60,378 bases of DNA from Octopus bimaculoides. Its lineage: Eukaryota. Position 1 is the stretch's first letter; the number at the start of each line of letters is the position of its first letter. The DNA lies in assembly GCF_001194135.2 (NCBI RefSeq), contig NC_068987.1:58217644-58278021 (forward strand), written 5' to 3'. A program made the position numbers and the translations under genes. The notes below the pieces were generated by a model. The model was not told the DNA's origin. It did no database searches and saw nothing but the letters and a program-made list of their open reading frames with translations. This document shows positions 35,085 through 48,425 of the stretch, piece by piece.

Positions 35085-36446
35085 TATATTCTGTTACATC
35101 ATAGAAAGACAAAATGCACTAAACAGAACAGGAGGATATACATAGAATAGAAGAGTTACTGCAGAGGTCACAAATGTGTGACGAAAGATTTCCCGACAAT
35201 GGTCATAAGATAAAATAAGAACAATAATAGACGAGTGAAGAACGAATGTATAGTGCGTGAGCTTATTTGGCAAGAAAAGAAAAAAATGACCATTCCGAAA
35301 TATAGCAAACTCATTGATGTTCAAGAACTATGATAATTTGCCTAATTTTTTCATATGCTTTATAAAGAGTATAATTTCATTTGTACCGCTCAGATAGCAG
35401 TTCAGATAACTCTTAAAGACAGTTCTTAAATTGCTCAAAAGCAAATGATTTTAATAGCATCTTCAGGCCCCAGTACTTTATTCTTCCAGCTCTAGACCTT
35501 GAAGTATAACAGCTCATTCTTCGAACACGCTCTGAAATAGCTGCACTACGAACACTAAACGCACTCAAATGAAGCAAAATAAGTCACCCTGAAAGGAAAA
35601 CAGTTTTGAGCAGTTGACAGTAATGAATCTGTGCACATGCAATTAATTCATTTCGATTCTCTAAAGGTATTTAACATAAAGCATGTAATTTATCACAAAA
35701 TGTGTAAAGATGATTCAAAACTGTAATTTTATTTACAAAATCGTCGACACAAAACTCGAGCTAGTTTTGGAACAGTGTCAAACACTTTTATTAGTAAAAT
35801 CATCACGAAATAGTTTTACAAAGTTTGAATTTTGTTCTACCATAACTGTCGCTATATCAATTACAATTAATATCACATTTTATTTTAGTTACTGCATGGA
35901 AAGAAAAACGACTACTTTGCCAACTTAGAAACCCATTATAGATAGAATTTGCATTTGCGCCAAGTTTTAAATGTCTTAAATCATAAAGCATGACACAAAT
36001 TGGCAAGTCTCATCACCTGCTACTCTCATTCAGATTACAAGAACAGTTTTACCATTAATAATAGAAGATTCATCAACCACAATAGATATGTTAGATTCTT
36101 TATTCTTTGGAAATTATATTTCTCATCACTTTTCTCTCGTATTTGGTTTCTAACGTAGTTTGTAATATCTGTACATGCTCTACGAGGTGGAAGAACGTAC
36201 GTACGCTTAGCATCTTTTGCCTTATGTAGAAATGTAAACCATAGGCTTTATTTGTCTGTTTTAACAGCTTCACAACCTATAATTACAGAAACCTACAAAA
36301 CACCGTACTAATAATTCGACCGTAAAGTGAGACTACAATGAAAATTACTTTACTGTGGCGGAAAGGCATTAGTCAATTGGGTAACTGCCATACTAGAACG
36401 ACAATAAGAAAAGTACAATATTTACAATAGAAATATATGTACGTAG

Positions 36447-36660
36447 GACGGCGAGCTGGCAGACTCGTTAGCACGGCGGACAATGTGCTTAACGGTATTT
36501 CGTCCATCTTTACGTTTGGAGTTCAAATTCTGCCGCCGTCGAATTTGCCCTTCATCCTTTCGAAGTCGATAAAATAAGTACCAGTTCAGCACAGGGGTCG
36601 ATTTAATCCACTTATTTCCTTCCCCAAAATTGCTGGTCTAGTGCCAAAAATTGAAATCAG
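36447..36660 (+). mobile_element. SINE family A, full copy
   Basis: ggcgagctggcagactcgttagc..gagttcaaattctgcc..cccttcatcctttcgaagtcgataaaataagtaccag. Confidence 0.9.
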
Positions 36661-36662
36661 AG

Positions 36663-36708
<46 letters not shown>

Positions 36709-37079
36709 TATACATGGGTACATGTGTGTGTGTGTGTGTGTTTAATCCATAACCGTGAATCCGACAACATTTATTTTGTTGGATTCACGGTGGCAACTTA
36801 AATATTTCTTGCATTGAGATATTTTTAATTCTAAGTCTGCGTGCGTGCGTGCGTGGATATATATGTATATATATATGTATACACACACACACACGAGTTA
36901 AGGAATGAAATTGGTAAGATCCGGGCTACATATGTTTCATAGCAAGTGGGACCTCGGAAGTGGTAAATATCCAAACGCGGTGTATACCGCAGGCTACTCA
37001 TCAAGCCAATCTTGATTAAATGAAAGTTTACCTTGTCGCAAGGAGGTACATGTTAACACACGAAAGATTCGACAGAATG

Positions 37080-37600
37080 TGTAGAAAGCAGGGTAAGAGT
37101 GAAGAATATAAATGTGGAGAGAAATTTTTAAAACGTCGGCTTTAGGTTCTCCTTCTGTAACATCCATAAAACTGCTAATTTCTTGGACGTAATTCTGGAC
37201 TTGCAAAACGTAAGTTTTTCCTCCAACCACCACCACCACCCTCCCGTTCTAAAGCTCTATCGTGGAGAGCGTTTCCAACCGGATTTCCTCATTATCTGCT
37301 AAGGAAATATTCGATTAATATGCAGTATACTATAATTGTGACCGACAACGTGCCGGTTATAAAAATTCAATAGAATATATCCCTATGTGGAATATTCCTC
37401 CCTCCACTATATCCAGAACTGAAACCAATTCCGCCCCCACCACAAATAATGAATGCAAAATCCCCCTATCCCACCACTCCAATACCCGTCCAAATTTCAG
37501 CTCCATACATATAAATCTAGAACACCAAATAACACCCTTACCAACACTCACCCTCAAACCTCCTACTATAATTCCACTACTAATACCCGATTCTTAAAAT
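37080..37600 (+). mobile_element. Degenerate Penelope-like RT C-terminal fragment
   Basis: KTANFLDVILDLQN; HPP; ESVSNRISSLSAKEIFD*YAVYYN..RAGYKNSIEY. Confidence 0.8.
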
Positions 37601-37739
37601 TACCTCAACACCTAACTATGTCTTATGTAGAAATAAAGGACGATATAGACCATGGCTTCGGTTCCCAGTTCGGCTGCGCATTGTGACCTGCGATGTATAA
37701 CAACATCCAATAGTCTGGTCGATACCAAGATATACATAT

Positions 37740-38150
37740 TAATAATGATTTCAAATTTTGGAACAAGACCAGCAATTTCGCAGTAAGTAGGTAAATCGAT
37801 TTCATCGACTCCAGTACTCAACTCCTATTTTATCGACTCTGAAAGGATGAAAGGTCAAACCGACTTCGGCGGAATTTGAACTCACACCGTAAAGACAAGC
37901 GAAATGCCGTTAAGCGTTTAGTACGGCGTGCTAATGATCCTACCAGCTCGCCGCCTTAGATATACATATATATATTAATAATGATTTCAATTTTTAGTAA
38001 AAGGCCAACATTTCCGGAGGAAGAGTTAAATTGATTACATAGACCCATTGCTCAAATAGAACTTATTTTATCCCCCCCCCCCCCCAAAGGATGAAAGGTC
38101 AATTCGACCTCGGCAAAATTTAAACTCAGAACGTAAAGATGGACGAAACG
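37740..38150 (-). mobile_element. Two tandem SINE family A copies (second head-truncated, with poly-C expansion)
   Basis: Two family A cores at ~37830-37880 and ~38085-38130. Confidence 0.85.
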
Positions 38151-38574
38151 TATATATATCAATAATGATAGAAGGAAATTTTGGTCAGAAGTAATGGAGG
38201 TATTTTTATTTATTATTTATTTCTATACAAATATAAAATGCCCGAAAACTTACCTATGAAAATGAGTGGGAACACTTTTAAATAATTTCATCTTGGTCTT
38301 TGTGCTGTTGTTTAACGCTGGAAAGTATACCTTTATCTCTGCGTAAGAGCGTAAGATGGGGTTAATCATATTCTTTTATAGTCGGCTGAGATGTAAAATG
38401 CTATTGACAGTTCATCAAGACCGTGATAACAACAAAAGCAAGTTAAGGAGATTTAAACAGTATTCCATCTCATCTTCCTTGAGAAACTCATAGAATTTGT
38501 ATATCTTCATGTAAATGAAGAAAAGATGGTTTTTTATCATTAATATTATACTATCCTGTACACTATCCAAAATA

Positions 38575-38729
38575 TGTAATTGTGTGCGTGTATATATACA
38601 TATATACATATATGTATATGTATGTATGCATGCTTATACATATATATATATGTATGCATACATAAATATGTGTGTGTATGCATATATGTGTATATATATA
38701 CGTTTGCATGTGTGCATGTACACACACAT

Positions 38730-38770
<41 letters not shown>

Positions 38771-38772
38771 CT
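38575..38772. repeat. Compound TA/TG/CA microsatellite
   Basis: Directly visible. Confidence 0.9.
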
Positions 38773-39486
38773 TCATGAACGAAGTAATACTGACAGCACT
38801 AGAGGTATTTCGATATGTAGATGTTTCTTTTAAAAGCGCAAAGTTAATGCATTAGAAAACATCGTGATGTATATTGGTAATGACACTAAAAAGTAAGCAT
38901 GGCAAAAACAAACGAAGCACTTCGCTTACTGGGGCCAACAATAGATATTATAAGAAAAGAACAAACGTAGAAGGAGAAAGTATTCAAATAAGAACGTCGA
39001 AGGGAAACAAACCATCTTTGGAGTTATCAACTTTGAAAGAATTATCAACAGGAAAGACCAGACCAAATATGATACAGAGCATAGAAAGTTTATATAGTTA
39101 TGGTCTGTAACTTATGCTAGATTGCTGATGAAGAAACGAAGTTTGTTGGGCAAGATTCTTATATAAATTATAAATGATAGCTAGAAATAACGAAGAAGTC
39201 ATAAATGAAATATTTACCAATGGAATAATAAATTGTTTTTGAACGAAAAATATTGAATTCTGACCCGTCTCAATGATTATAAAAAGGAATTAATCAAGCA
39301 CAGATAAAAAAAATAGCAAAAGTTTTCAGCTAAGTTAGTAAATACAAGAAATATGAAAAACAAATTAAGATATGTGTATGTCACAACAGAGAAGTTGCGT
39401 TTATAGAAAGAAAATCATGAAAATGTGTGAATTCCTATTTAGCGTTAGGTGGAATGTAAAAGAAGTTTATCTCTTGCCTTCTACTT

Positions 39487-39489
<3 letters not shown>

Positions 39490-39575
<86 letters not shown>

Positions 39576-39612
39576 ATGCGTGTGTGTGTGCGAGAGAGAG
39601 AGAGAGAGAGAG
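39490..39612. repeat. (TG)n(GA)n microsatellite
   Basis: Directly visible. Confidence 0.95.
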
Positions 39613-39780
39613 GATATATAACCTCTTGAAGGGATGATTACATCCAAGATTACACTGGTTTTATACTATATATTATTGGGCAAGAATTTCTCTAAAATAG
39701 ATAGGTGTATATATTAAGCATATAATCTATATTCAATTAACAGAAGAAAATGTTTAACATATAAATCTTTAATATATATT

Positions 39781-40028
39781 ATTTACATTATTTACATTAT
39801 TTACATTTGACGGATATTTGTCCTCATCTTGTTTGTTGTTAACACAACATTTCGGCTGATATACCCACCGGCCTTCATCAGGTGTCTTGGGGAAATGAGA
39901 ACCTGGGTTCTCATTTCCCCAAGACACCTGATGAATGCTGGAAGATATATCAGCCGAGACCTTGTGTTAACAACAAACAAGGTGAGGGCAAATATTCGTC
40001 AAATGTAAATAATGTAGATAATGTCAAT
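39781..40028. mobile_element. About 240-bp fold-back element carrying one minimal hammerhead motif on each strand
   Basis: 2-nt loop at 39904-39905; perfect 30-bp inner stem (39874-39903 / 39906-39935); ~110-bp arms. Confidence 0.85.
39841..39886 (-). ncRNA. Minimal type-I hammerhead ribozyme motif (near-intact copy)
   Basis: Sense: GACAC-CTGATGA-A-GGCCG(GTGGGTATAT)CAGCC-GAA-ATGT-T-GTGTT. Stem I GACAC/GTGTT, stem III ATGT (ACGT in the 26661 fragment), GUU triplet. Confidence 0.65.
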
Positions 40029-40229
40029 AATGTACATAATTCCTCATCTCTTAAATATAGAACTGTAATTCTCTATTGTTTGTTATTTCCCTGATGACAT
40101 TTTGCTCATAACTTATAAATGCAGATTTATTACATAAACTTGTAATTTATTAATTGAGTATAAATTGAAACAATTATAGGAATGATTATGAATATGTTAA
40201 AAAATTAATTATTAACCATTAACTCCGGC

Positions 40230-40900
40230 CGTAGTGATATTCGAAGAAGCTAATACAGACCTATTCAACGAAGGGGAATTCCAAGCTTGTAGTATGAAAC
40301 GTTTTGGATGAAGGCATTGACTAAATACTTCTTTCCTGGAGTTTAAGGTCTCTGCCAACCAAAGATATCATCGTTCGCACCCATTTATATAAGTTCTCGG
40401 CTGCTCAACGAGCTTCCATCTAATCATGTATGAGGTTCCTTCAGCTTTTAAGTGCCACATGAAGCTTGCCAGAGATGTGATATTGTGCTTTTCTGATATC
40501 CTAAAAGAGGACCTGTGGTTGATGCAACGTTGTTTAAACGGGGGCCCAGTTGACCCGACATATTTTCCTGCCTGTGTATTGGATGTGCTACCACCGCTAA
40601 TGTTTCTTTCGTTAACTCTGGATCTGATGTTCCTGTTATTAATGGAGTCACTGTCATTGCTGATATTCTTGGACATGATTCTGGTGGTTTTGTTGCTGTT
40701 GACGTAGCAGCCATTTCCGGCCGCAATATTGGTGTTTGTGCTGCTATCGTTACTGTTAGTATTGTTGTCTCTGCTGCTTGATGCGTGGCACATCCAATAA
40801 GCATCTAATACTGTTTAAGCAACGTCTGAACAATTAGTTATCATCATTCAGTAATAAAAGCGTTACAGTATAGTTAGTTTCAATGAATATGCAATTCGTT
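40230..40900 (-). mobile_element. Penelope-like GIY-YIG endonuclease fragment
   Basis: KYVGSTGPPFKQRCINHRSSFRISEKHNITSLASFMWHLKAEGTSYMIRWKLVEQPRTYINGCER. Confidence 0.85.
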
Positions 40901-42544
40901 ATACTATCGTATATAATAACATCTGTAGTGCCCTGAAGAGGTAGGTTTTGTGCCTTCAAACTTATATAGAATTAGATATTTGTTGACGTGAATTTGAGAT
41001 CCTTCCACTATCTAATATTATTGTGTTTATCACTCCTGTAATAAATTTAGTTTCATTTACCTTCTCTTAAAGTATAATCTCGCTTTCTTATAGCTGCTCA
41101 TCCAGTTGTAACCCTATCGAGTCCCATATGGTGGCTGTGTATCTATTAAACACAATTGTTATAAAGCCGTTTTCCTTCTTTACACTGGCTATCTTCCTAA
41201 CACTATAACCCAGAGATGAATACATACTTTTAATTTAGTGTGTTTAATGCAGATATTTTTCACTAACGACAGAGCATTTTCTAGAAGTATCCAGCTTTTA
41301 ATTGTTGCTATTACTAGCCACTCTTTACGTCAACCATTGGTTAAGGAACCAGTTAAATAGTTTATACTATTAATTGACGTGTACAGCTACACCATAGTAA
41401 ATATCACCTTTCTCATATATTTCCCATTTCATCGAATTGGCATTTAGTCATGCTCATTATTTTCATTTCAGATTCATCTTCTCCATTACACAAATATATT
41501 TTTAATAGTTAGATATGTCCTACGTTGCCTACATGCTTTGTCACTTTTCTATCCCAGATCGATTTCTGTCTGTAGTCATGTCAACATCCTCAGTATCTTT
41601 CCTCCTCAAATAGTTCATTAACCCACATATAGATTTTTCTCCAATAATGAATAATTCTTCTCCAGTTTTCAAACAGCAACCTTCCTTTTTGATCAACTGA
41701 AAATGAAAGATTATAGACAAAAGTAATCAAACGAAATAAAAAATATTAAAAATAAAAGTAAAGTCAGTGCATTAAGTCATGTGGAAAATGAAAAATCATC
41801 CATGTTTTAGACATACGTCTTTTTCAAGATAGAGGACATGAATATGCAGAATGGTAGGGAAAAAAATAAATGTCAGCCTAATATTTCAAATATTCGTAGT
41901 AGTAATGGATGAAGGAAATAGATAGGTTGGAATATGATTTACGAGTATAGGAGTTGTGAGTGTAGGAGATAAACAGTGGATAAAATTTTGGATTTTGTCC
42001 CTGTGCATGCAAAAAGTAAGAGAATGAGAAGAAAGCAAAACAGATAGTTGTCGCTCGATATGTGTGAGCATACGAGAAAGGATTACTGAAAGACTTAAAT
42101 GGCTTATGTGAACGCTTGTATGTGAATTAGAAGGGCATGAAATGAGAAAGGAAGGAATTGGATGAGTAAATTATTCAGTTAATTTCTGACAGAAAACTCG
42201 CTGAAGAAAAATTCGGTTGTCATTGATGAAGGTGACTCTAGTGCTTGGGTAAGACAAAAACAGAAAGGTAATGGTGGAAAAGGTTCTGAGATGTGAGCGC
42301 GCGTGTGTATGTGTGTGTGTATATGGAGTGTACCATTACTTTTTTCCTTATGATCTTTATATCATAGCGTGACCTATGTTTTAATGAATACGCATTCACC
42401 AATAACATGGATTTGTACATCAATAAATGCTATTTCTTTACATGTGTTCAAGAATGTATGGCTGTATTAGTGCATATGTAGGAGGGTGTGGTTTTTTTAA
42501 TACATTCTTTACTACATACACACTTATAATATATAATGCTGTGT

Positions 42545-42915
42545 TAAGGTAGTGAGATGGCAGAATAGTAACCACATTACGCTCTGAGCTCAAATGCCGC
42601 CGCGGTCGACTTTGCCTTTCATCATTTAGAGATTAATGAAATACGTACCAGCTGCGCAGTGGGGTCGTTGTAAACAATTTACTTCCTCCTCCGAAATTAT
42701 TGATCTTGAGCTGACAGAATCGTTAGCAAAACCGGGCGAAAAAGTTAGCGACATTTCATCTGTCTTTACGTTGTGAGTTCAAATTCTGCCAAGATTGATT
42801 TTGCTTTTCATCCTTTCGGAGTCTATAAAATAGGTATAAGTTGCGCATTGGTTCGATGCAATCGACTTTCCCCTACCCCGAAATTAGTGACTGTGCGCCA
42901 AAATTTGAACCCAAT
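42545..42915 (+). mobile_element. Two tandem SINE family A copies
   Basis: Two cores: gtcgactttgcctttcatc (42605) and gattttgcttttcatcctttcggagtc (42797). Confidence 0.85.
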
Positions 42916-43889
42916 ATATAATGCTGTGTCTCGGTATAATAATATATAGGCCATTGGCTAATTACAACCTGTGAAAAGGGCAACATGTCAAATGACCACC
43001 GAGTTATTTATTATTATCAAAATAAGATAGACAAAACAACCAAAATATTTACAAATGAATATTTTAATATATATGAACCGCGTCAAAAATGATTTCGTCT
43101 TTACTCCATCAAATCATCGTAATCTATTGGAAGTAATTCATACCTTGTCACTTATCTTGTATTTTACCGATATATGTATATATTGAAAGAGAGAAAATGG
43201 AGAAAAACGGCTGTATGAATAATTTATTTGTATGATATTAGTATGTTGAATTTTTTTTTAAATACCAATACAAATAAATTATAAGTCGTAAAGCTCAAAA
43301 AGAAAATGGGAGATACGAAAAAAATCTACATAAATGTTTCAGTTCTAACCCCTAGTTGATATCCAATTCTAATCATTTGGTTATATACTAAGAATGGTAC
43401 CTTTTTTAACTATATGGGACAGAACTTCTTCAGGGTTATGAGCTTATTGAACTAAGGTTAACATTTTTCACGGAAGGATACATACAGAACAGTAATAAGT
43501 TTAAGAAGTTAGATCCCCTGTATAACGTAAGTACATCTCGGTGGTGAGTTATAGATGTTAGAGAAGAGGCCATATTGTACAAAATAAAGTAAATAAAAAT
43601 AAGCAACAAAAGAATTAAAATAACCTATAATAATAAGGATAAAGAAAAAAGATAGGAAGGATGAAAAATTAAATCAATAATGAATAGAAATTAAAGAACA
43701 ATATGCATATATGTAGAATATATATAGTATAAAATTTTAATAAAAGTAGAATATATATATTGTTTAAAATTCAAATAAAAAGAAAATATATATTGTATAA
43801 AATTTAAATTAAGAATTCAAATAAAAAATTTAAATAAAATGAAAGATGATAATACTTAAATATGCAAGGGGGAATTTTATATAATGAAA

Positions 43890-44200
43890 TAAATGCGATA
43901 GCATTGGCTGTCGTGAGTTTCTTGATGCTAGCTGACCGGTGTGTGTTGATGTCGCTTCTGTTCATTGTTTTTGTGTTGGGGAAGCGCTCTGGGCGCTAAC
44001 AGTTGCCCGTTGTCTCCAGCTGCTCACCTCTAGGTCGTCTCTAAAATGCGCTGAATATATAGTGGATGGCCTTGGTCAGAAAAAGTACGCCAATGATGAA
44101 ATTGTTGTCAGATCCGGTTGACTTTGGTAATATTTTAGCGAATCTCGATCATAATCTTGAGTTGATTTCTTGCATCGGATATAGCAATGCATATTCACAG
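43890..44200. repeat. Unclassified repeat, copy 1 (second copy at 45840-46165)
   Basis: Shared gtctccagctgctcacctctagg..ctaaaatgcgctgaatatatagtg..aaagtacgcca..cttgcatcggatat.gcaatgcat. Confidence 0.8.
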
Positions 44201-44772
44201 TAGTTGACAAGAAGCACTTTATTCACTCTTCCTAAGCAGACGGTGTAAAACATATTGAAAGAGAAAATTTACCAGACAATTCTGAAATTCTTCTAAAAAA
44301 AATTCTTTGATAAAACAAAAATATAGAATCAAAAAAAGAAAAATAGAGTTAAATAAATAAATAGATAGATAAATAGATTTGCATTAAATGACTCTAAATA
44401 TCTTTTTATACTATAGTCACGCACCTGTCTCGTCTTTTTTAAAGAGTCCGGATGTAGGTATTTCATTCAACTTCTTTAATTTTTTTTTTTTTTTTCGTTT
44501 TTTTCTCCCAATATATATTTATTTCATTTTCATGTTATGAAAAGCGCACGTAGTCGGGTTACATTTTCTTTCTCTCTTTCTTTCTTTCTTTTTTTCTTTC
44601 TTTGTTTTCTTGTGCTTCTCAGAAAAACTATCTTTGAACCAATGACTAATAACCATCTAAGATATTATAGAATTATCTTCAAAGGAAAGAATATAAATTG
44701 TGTCGTTCTTGTCCCTCATAGACAACTAATTAGAAGACAATGTTTTTAGTTTATTCACAACTTTCTTCTCTT

Positions 44773-44834
<62 letters not shown>

Positions 44835-45839
44835 CCACGCACACAGACTCACAATCACATTCTCGTTCTACTTCTTTTGTTCTCCTCTATTTTCCTGCTT
44901 TAAAACTCCGTGTATTTAATTAGTTCAGATCCTGAATTACAAGTTGTGAGTTATATCATTGTAAGCTATAATATAAAATATGTTGTTATTTGCAATTTAC
45001 TTACAGTGCTATGGTACGTTCGGGCCACTGATGTCGAGAACTTTATCAAGATTTGGCAAGTCGTATACTAGAATGTCTGGGACCATAAGAAAATAAAAAT
45101 CTAACAAATTGAAATTACTCGATGGAATTTTCGCTATAACTCAGAGCCGTTTTAGAAGCTGAAATGATAAGAGAGACGGGGTGGAGACTGGATAGAGGGA
45201 AGGGTGGAGAGAGAGAGGAAGAGATAGAAAGAGAGGGAGGGATAGAGGTGAGGAGAGAACTAGAGAAAAATAGAGTGTATTAAGGTGAGAGAGAGAAAGT
45301 GAGAGAAAATGCCTCCAGGTGAGAAAGAGAGAGAGAGAAAGCAAAAGAGTAGCCAAGTCTTGGATGACTTAATGCATTACACCTCATTATATCAAACTCA
45401 AGATTAACTATTCATATCAATCGCTGTTTGATTTACAAATACTGATTATCATAAAATCTTTCCTGAAGCAGAGCAATTATTTCTTGCTTTTCGCTATATT
45501 TCAGAAAATTCAGTACAGTTATTTTCACATGTTTAACTTTTCGAGAAGTCAGATTTTTTAACATGAAATGCAAAAAGTGAACTGTATAACTTTTTTTTAG
45601 TTTTATTTGTAGAAATTAGCTGAATGTACTAAAGACGGTGTTTAGGATATTTTCTCTTTGGCCGGCACATTTTGGCACATTTTGGCATATTTTTCTATGC
45701 AAAAGATTTTTAACCCAATATATTACGTGCTGGATTTCAGAAATCTGTGATTTTTTTTATTAAAAAATATCAATTTTTATAGTAAACAAAGGCATATCGT
45801 TACTACGAAATACAAACACCTGGATAGTTTGAAGTTTAT

Positions 45840-46165
45840 TGTTCTTAGACTAGGTGCAATAGTAGTGGGTATGAGTTTCTTGACGTTAACTGATCATTCT
45901 GTGTTGCTATCGCCGCCGTCCACTTCTTTTGTGTTGGGGCAACGCTCTGGTCAACTCTCTGCTGACCGTTGTCTGCTGACGGCTGTCCGCTGTCTCCAGC
46001 TGCTCACCTCTAGGTAGTCTCTAAAATGCGCTGAATATATAGTGATAGTCTTGGTCAGGAAAAGTACGCCAAAGATAAAATTGTTGTTTAGATCAGGTTG
46101 GATTTTAGCGAATCGCGATCATAGTCTTGAGTTGTTTTCTTGCATCGGATATTGCAATGCATGTT
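45840..46165. repeat. Unclassified repeat, copy 2 (same orientation as 43890-44200)
   Basis: Diverged direct repeat about 1.95 kb downstream of copy 1. Confidence 0.8.
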
Positions 46166-46591
46166 TAACTTTACAACAAATCAGATTTTTAAGATGAAAT
46201 AAAAAAGATAAAAAATGCGTTGTATAATCTTTATATTTTTGTTTAAAGAAATTAGATGATTGTGCTAAAGACTTAGGTTACATTCAATCAGCAAATAAAT
46301 TCTTATCAACCTTCGGCCCATTTTTCCATCCGAAAGATTTTTAACTCAATATATTACATACTGTTTTTTTTTTTATCGATAAATTCACTTTGGGAATCCC
46401 CTTAAAGCTATATATACATACACTGCCACACTCACGCACACACTTGCACACACACACGCACACACACACACACGTGCAGTCACACACACACACACACACA
46501 NNNNNNNNNNNNNNNNNNNNNNNNNNNNNNNNNNNNNNNNNNNNNNNNNNNNNNNNNNNNNNNNNNNNNNNNNNNNNNNNNNNNNNNNNNN

Positions 46592-46633
<42 letters not shown>

Positions 46634-47524
46634 CATAATTATGGGATCAACAACAGTTGCTTCACCACATACCGAAGTTCAGAAATAGCAGCTAAAGTGC
46701 TAAAACTCCAACAGATAGCAATACTTGTAACTCACAAAGGCAAAACAAGAAGAAAAAATAACGAAACTAACCAATCCTTCTCACTCTTGTTGTTCGAAAA
46801 GAAAGGGAAAAAAACTCAGTCAACTTAGCTAACGCGAATGAGAAAATGCTTCAAAGTAAGCCACTCATTCAGCGCTCCAAATACGTAAATTTACGTATTT
46901 GCATGCGGTGCCAGTAGTTATTTACTACGGATATAGGTCAAATCAAGCAGAAAACCAGATTTAACAGTGTCACTGCCGATGTTGGTTGATTTCACCTGTT
47001 GCTGATTTATTTCTGTGTTTTTAACACTATAAGAGATTACTTTCTAGAGATGGATACTTCAGTTTGAAAAGCTTTCGACAGTATATATATGCTTTAAGTA
47101 TAAATATACAAATCGCTAATTTGAACTAAGACTGCTTAATTAAACTTCTAAATTCAAATAGTAAATAGTTGCAGTGTTGTGATATATTAGAATAGATTTA
47201 ATTATATACACTGTACGCCAACGAAAAAAATTGTTTACCAGGAGCTTGCATCTGAGCCACATATATAACATTCATACCAGAATACGTATTGAATATGGAA
47301 TTTTTGCCTTTAATTAATTAATTTATTTATTTATTTATTTACATGGAACCCGAAATTTCAGCATATCGTGAGGAACAGCTGGGAATCTTCATCAACATGG
47401 AAATCTTCATCATTAAGTCCACGTAGTGGTATTACATTGCAATAAACAGAAATCTAAATAGTTACACGAAATGAGTTTCCCATGTAACTGCTTTGATATG
47501 TCACAGCCGTCATCAAATCTTAAA

Positions 47525-47752
47525 TATTGGTTTTAAATTTTAAGCACAAGGCCAGAAATCTCAGGGAGAGGAGTAAGTCGATTACATTGACCCAATGCTT
47601 AACTGGTACTTATTTTATCGATTCGAAAGAACGAAGGCCTAAGTCGATCTTGGCGGAATTTGAACTCAGAACACATAAAGGTGGACAAAATGCCGTTAAG
47701 CATTTTGCCCGGCATGCTAATGATTCTGCCAGGTCGACGCTTTCCATACCTT
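47525..47752 (-). mobile_element. SINE family A copy
   Basis: aagcacaaggccagaaat..gatcttggcggaatttgaactcagaac..gctaatgattctgccag. Confidence 0.85.
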
Positions 47753-47794
47753 AAATATTAACTTCTGCAACAAGCACCATAGAGTAACCGACAA

Positions 47795-48063
47795 GCATTC
47801 AGCGAGTAGTTACCGCGATTCAGTTTCAATGTTTAGTTGAAGTCACTTCATACAGTTTACTAATGGCCTGTAGACAGATATAATCATCATAACTCCAATG
47901 CATTGTGCTACAAGAAATATATAATAGTGATTTCTAGTGAGTCGTTAACGCGACACGGTTTCAATTCTTATTTGAAGTCACTTCACTTCACACGGCTACT
48001 AACGTCCTACAGACAGATATAATCGTTAAAACGCCAATCCATTATGTTACAAGAAGTATATAA
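47795..48063. repeat. Diverged ~135-bp tandem duplication
   Basis: tttcaat..ttgaagtcacttca..actaa..agacagatataatc..ccaat.catt.tg.tacaagaa present twice. Confidence 0.8.
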
Positions 48064-48425
48064 AATTGGTTTCAAGGTTTGGCACAAGGCCAGCAATTTT
48101 GGGGGAGGGAATATGTCGATTACATCGACCCAAGTGCTCAGCTGGTACTTCTTTCATCGACTACCAGAAGGATGAAAGGCAAAGTTGAACTCACAACGTA
48201 AAGACAGATGAAATACCGCTAAGTGTGCTAATGATTGTCAGATCGCCACCTACAAGAAGTATGTAATATTGATTTTTAACATATGCACAAGGCTTCAAGT
48301 TTAGGGATGGGTACAATGGATTGTATCAACCACAGTACATGAGTGGTACTTAATTTATCGTCCCCAGAAAGATGTAGGTGTAAATTGACTTCGGCAAGAA
48401 TGGAAATCAAGACGCAGAAACATGC
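48064..48425 (-). mobile_element. Two SINE family A copies; the first is flanked by a ~15-bp TSD-like repeat
   Basis: acaagaagtatataa before and acaagaagtatgtaa after the first copy. Confidence 0.8.

Noticed and set aside
39125-39145. Other CTGATGA hits (2255, 39126, 40093, 51523, and 51064 on the minus strand)
   Set aside because: None is followed by a stem II plus GAAA and pairing stems, so they are not hammerheads
39449-39470. TGGAATGTAAAAGAAGTTT resembles miR-1
   Set aside because: It has an extra A and a divergent 3' end, and no complementary 5' arm upstream, so no hairpin
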